This document shows, in pieces, positions 17,051-20,000 of a DNA stretch of 20,000 bases. Location of the stretch: the IMG/VR virus record IMGVR_UViG_3300029319_000022; one strand, 5' to 3'. The position numbers were made by a program, and so were the translations under genes. The DNA comes from an uncultured virus (IMG/VR IMGVR_UViG_3300029319_000022). Taxonomy: Duplodnaviria; Heunggongvirae; Uroviricota; Caudoviricetes. Positions within the stretch are counted from its first letter, which is position 1; each line of letters opens with the position of its first letter. The notes under the pieces were generated by a model. That model ran no database searches. It was not told the DNA's origin and saw nothing but the letters and a program-made list of their open reading frames with translations.

Positions 17051-18100
17051 ATGCCGATTCCAACTCCAAACGATAAAGAAAAAAGATCTGATTTTATGAG
17101 CAGATGTGTTGCTGATTTATCAGAAAAAGGGGAATTTGGAGATAATAAACAAAGAGTTGCTGTTTGCATATCACAATTCGAAAAAGCATCCAAAAAAGCT
17201 TCTGTTTCTGTAGGAAATGAGTTTTTAGATGGAAAAGGTCCATGGGATGACCAAGATTTATTTTTTTACTTTAATAAACCAAAAACTAAAATGAGCGAAG
17301 CTAGCTATCACGATAACGAGAAATCAAAATCTAATCGTCACAAAATGGACGAAAAAGAAACTAAAATATTCAAATCCTATATGAGTCATTGTGCTATGAA
17401 TGACGCTGATATGGTAGATACCAAGGATATGAATTTAGATAATACTATGAAAGCGTGTGGCGTTCAGTACGGCAAGGATAGGCCAATGCTCATGGAAAAT
17501 ACAAATGGCCAACTTACTGAAAAACAAAAGAAGTTGCCACCAGCCTTACAAGAGGCCATTCTTAAAAAAATGAAAGAGGAGGGTAAGGCAAATTATCATG
17601 ATGGAGATGAAGAAAGCAAAGCTGGCATGCATGAAAAGAAAAAGACAAAAGCTGGCATGCATGGAGACAAGAAAAAAATGAAAGGTGGCATGCATGAGGA
17701 AAAGAAAACTAAGGCTGGCATGCACAAGGATGAAGAGAAAATGAAAGGTGGCATGCACAAAGATAAGGAAAAAATGAAGGGCGGCATGCACAAAGATAAG
17801 GAAAAAATGAAGGGCGGCATGCACAAAGATAAGGAAAAAATGAAAGGTGGTATGCACAAAGATGAAAAAACTAAGGCTGGGATGCATCATAAGAAAAAAA
17901 TAGAGGCTGCTGACGACCCTATGGATCACTCCTTCCCTACAGCTAAAGAGGCCATGAAAGATGCAAAAAAACTAGGATTACAAGGTGTACACATGCACAA
18001 AGGTAAAGATGGCAAGCCTGTATACATGCCTGGAAAAAGCCATGATGAGTTTATGAAACGTCATAAGGAGATCATGAAAGAAAAAAAAAAGGCGAAATAA
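17051..18100 (+). CDS. Modular Lys/His/Met-rich repeat protein (possibly virion-associated); may extend to 18228 via a -1 frameshift
   Basis: 349-aa ORF of short modules ('MPIPTP..EKRSDFMSRC...QRVAVC', 'LTEKQKKLPPALQEAILKK', nine K[AG]GMH repeats, 'AKKLG..GVHMH....YMPG.SH'). Function not established. Confidence 0.8.
   Translation: MPIPTPNDKEKRSDFMSRCVADLSEKGEFGDNKQRVAVCISQFEKASKKASVSVGNEFLDGKGPWDDQDLFFYFNKPKTKMSEASYHDNEKSKSNRHKMDEKETKIFKSYMSHCAMNDADMVDTKDMNLDNTMKACGVQYGKDRPMLMENTNGQLTEKQKKLPPALQEAILKKMKEEGKANYHDGDEESKAGMHEKKKTKAGMHGDKKKMKGGMHEEKKTKAGMHKDEEKMKGGMHKDKEKMKGGMHKDKEKMKGGMHKDKEKMKGGMHKDEKTKAGMHHKKKIEAADDPMDHSFPTAKEAMKDAKKLGLQGVHMHKGKDGKPVYMPGKSHDEFMKRHKEIMKEKKKAK
17618..17887 (+). 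repeat. Coding tandem repeat: nine units of 30 or 33 bp encoding K[A/G]GMH plus charged residues
   Basis: ggcatgcacaaagataaggaaaaaatgaa occurs exactly at 17750, 17783 and 17816 (33-bp period); flanking units are diverged but in frame. Confidence 0.95.
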
Positions 18101-18228
18101 AGAGTAGTCTTTGGGAAAATATTAGAAAAAAAAGAGAACGCATAAAAAGAGGATCAGGCGAAAAAATGCGTAAAAAAGGAGACAAGGGCGCTCCTACTGC
18201 TGATCAAATAAAAAAAGCTCAAAAGTAA
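18081..18228 (+). other. Slippery A10-G run and a 45-codon -1 frame extension of the repeat protein
   Basis: Frame 0 reads GAA AAA AAA AAG GCG AAA TAA. The -1 frame from 18091 reads GEIKSSLWENIRKKRERIKRGSGEKMRKKGDKGAPTADQIKKAQK* (stop 18226-18228) with no upstream start codon after the in-frame stop at 18064-18066. Confidence 0.7.
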
Positions 18229-18268
18229 TTTTATATAGAAAAATACTACTTTATTAATAGTATCGTAC

Positions 18269-18754
18269 ATGATTGTACAATACTATAAGCCTAATTCTAA
18301 AAATACTGGGTGTGCCGTCAGCTTTGATATTGGGCCAAACCAAAAAAATAAAGAGCCTTGTATTTTTGTAAGAGCTATAAAACAATTTTCTTGGAATCAA
18401 GAAAAAAGAACTGGATCATTTTCGGAAAACGCTAAAAACACAGAGAAATCCATCTCACTAAAACTTAATGAGATAGAAGTTGGCGGTTTGATAAATGCAA
18501 TAACTAATTATTGCGAATTCTCTGCTTTTCATTCTTATCAAGATAATAAAACAGCTATATCTTTCAAACCATATAATAAAAAAGATGGTACAAAAGCGTT
18601 TTCTTTCTCTATAAATAGAAACTCAGCAAATAAGTTTGGGATTGGGGTTGAAATGTCTGAGGCTTATTCTTTATTAGAATTTCTAAAAGTTTATTTACAA
18701 GAGCTTTATCTACATAGATTACAAAAAGCTAAAGAGCTTAGATCTAATAATTAA
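18269..18754 (+). CDS. Putative Whirly-like (PC4-fold superfamily) single-stranded nucleic acid binding protein
   Basis: Two beta-beta-beta-beta-alpha-like halves. 'YYK...CAVSF', 'SISLKLNEIEVGGLI', 'CEFSAFHS', 'DGTKAFSFSI', 'IGVEMSEAYSLLEFL' are collinear with plant Whirly motifs recalled from memory. Confidence 0.55.
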   Translation: MIVQYYKPNSKNTGCAVSFDIGPNQKNKEPCIFVRAIKQFSWNQEKRTGSFSENAKNTEKSISLKLNEIEVGGLINAITNYCEFSAFHSYQDNKTAISFKPYNKKDGTKAFSFSINRNSANKFGIGVEMSEAYSLLEFLKVYLQELYLHRLQKAKELRSNN

Positions 18755-20000
18755 TGAGCAAAAAAACAGTTTTATTTCACTCTAATTTTTGCAGAGCTTT
18801 TACTGGCTTTGGTAAAAACAAAAAAAATATTTTAAGGTATCTTTACAATACCGATAAGTATAACATAATCGAGCTTGCAAACGGAATACAGTGGGATGAC
18901 CCACAAACAAAATCAGTCCCTTGGACATGTAGAGGCGCATTACCTGCGCCTAATAAATTACAAAATTTAAGTCCAGATGAGCAAAGGCAGGAGGGGTATG
19001 GTAAATCATTGGTTGACCAAGCAGTCTCTGAGTTTAAACCTGATGTTTATATAGGCATAGAGGATATTTGGGCTTTTGGGGGGTACTCCAATAAACCTTG
19101 GTGGGACAAAATAAACACTATGATTTGGACTACTTTAGATAGCTTACCAATCTTACCTCAAGCGATTGATTTTGCGCCTAAAGTAAAAAATTATTATGTT
19201 TGGTCTAGTTTTGCAGAAAAAGAATTTAACAAAATAGGTTACGACCATGTAAAAACATTAAGGGGTTCTTTAGATACTAGCAATTTCTATAGGCTTCCTG
19301 ATGCGGATCGGAAATCTTTGAGAGACACTCATAATTTATCTAATGAATATATAGTGGGATTTGTTTTTAGAAATCAACTAAGAAAAAGTGTTCCTAATTT
19401 ATTAGATGGGTTTAAATTATTTAAAAAATCAGAGCCTAGAGCTAAATTATTTTTACACACGCATTGGTCTGAAGGTTGGGACATACCTAGAATGTTAGAA
19501 GAAAAAAATATTAGCTTAACAGATGTTTTGACAACTTATGTATGTTCTAAATGCGGCGCTTATGAGATTAAAAATTTTACTGGTCAAGAGCTTAATTGTA
19601 AAAAATGTGGAACTGAAAGGTCTTTAAACACCACAAATACAAATATGGGAGTTACTGAAAAACAATTAAATGAAGTTTACAATCTCATGGATGTTTATTG
19701 TCACCCTTTTACTAGTGGCGGTCAAGAAATACCAATTCAAGAAGCTAAGTTAACAGAATTAATCACTTTAGTAACAAATTATTCTTGCGGTGAGGATAGC
19801 TGCTCCGAAGAAAGCGGAGGTTTACCTTTAGCTTGGAGTGAATATAGAGAACCTGGAACTCAATTTATAAAAGCATCGACCTGTCCAGATAGCATATGTG
19901 AAAACCTCAAAAAAGTTTATGCTATGACAGATGCCGAGAGAAAAGAATTAGGCCAAAAATCACGACAATGGGTCATAGATAATTTTTCTATAGAGGTCAT
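18754..20000 (+). CDS. GT-B (GT4-like) glycosyltransferase, 3'-truncated, with a CxxC...CxxC insertion
   Basis: Absent from the ORF track because it has no stop in the window. ATG at 18754 (TAATG overlap) reads MSKKTVLFHSNFCRAFTGFGK...FKPDVYI...VGFVFRNQLRKSVPNLLDGF...LNEVYNLMDVYCHPFTSGGQEIPIQEA..., open to the window end. Confidence 0.85.
   Translation, partial: MSKKTVLFHSNFCRAFTGFGKNKKNILRYLYNTDKYNIIELANGIQWDDPQTKSVPWTCRGALPAPNKLQNLSPDEQRQEGYGKSLVDQAVSEFKPDVYIGIEDIWAFGGYSNKPWWDKINTMIWTTLDSLPILPQAIDFAPKVKNYYVWSSFAEKEFNKIGYDHVKTLRGSLDTSNFYRLPDADRKSLRDTHNLSNEYIVGFVFRNQLRKSVPNLLDGFKLFKKSEPRAKLFLHTHWSEGWDIPRMLEEKNISLTDVLTTYVCSKCGAYEIKNFTGQELNCKKCGTERSLNTTNTNMGVTEKQLNEVYNLMDVYCHPFTSGGQEIPIQEAKLTELITLVTNYSCGEDSCSEESGGLPLAWSEYREPGTQFIKASTCPDSICENLKKVYAMTDAERKELGQKSRQWVIDNFSIEV

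Noticed and set aside
17618..17887. Repeat array as a CRISPR locus (Cas4-like gene in the window)
   Set aside because: Units are contiguous, multiples of 3, vary at synonymous positions and have no unique spacers; it is a coding repeat.
17546..17929. Minus-strand ORFs 17546-17929 and 17596-17859
   Set aside because: Antisense shadows of the purine-rich coding repeat.
1..20000. Stop-codon reassignment
   Set aside because: Genes are full length in the standard code, and TAA, TAG and TGA all end genes at sensible boundaries.
1..20000. Chromosome of a reduced cellular organism
   Set aside because: Highly divergent RecA/DnaB/DnaG, replication genes packed in one operon and no translation or envelope genes favour a large phage; no capsid or terminase gene is in the window, so this remains inference.
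1..20000. tRNA, rRNA, structured ncRNA or intrinsic terminators
   Set aside because: Intergenic gaps are very short and I saw no cloverleaf or GC hairpin followed by a U-tract.

Overview
AT-rich (roughly 30% GC by eye), gene-dense window with all credible genes on the + strand, mostly joined by overlapping stop/start codons. It reads as a segment of a large dsDNA bacteriophage genome rather than a cellular chromosome (inference). Left to right: (i) a nucleotide-sugar block (5'-truncated nucleotidyltransferase-RpiB fusion, cupin, GDPD-like protein, GDP-mannose 3,5-epimerase-like SDR, Gmd); (ii) a replication/recombination block (divergent RecA, Vsr/DUF559-like nuclease, DnaB, DnaG with a cysteine-less zinc-finger region, Cas4/RecB-like nuclease, and a family C polymerase encoded as three genes: degenerate PHP, DEDDh exonuclease, DnaE core); (iii) a ClpC/ClpA-type ATPase with an MGF loop followed by a degenerate kinase-fold protein; (iv) a Lys/His/Met-rich repeat protein whose last module lies in the -1 frame behind an A-AAA-AAG slippery site; (v) a Whirly-like putative ssDNA-binding protein and a 3'-truncated GT-B glycosyltransferase with a zinc-ribbon insertion. 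Best leads: the candidate -1 frameshift at 18081-18091, the tripartite polymerase, the Whirly-like protein, and an identical 12-mer (AGTGTAAATATT) in two intergenic gaps that looks like a phage-specific late promoter. All family calls come from motif recognition by eye; no searches were run.
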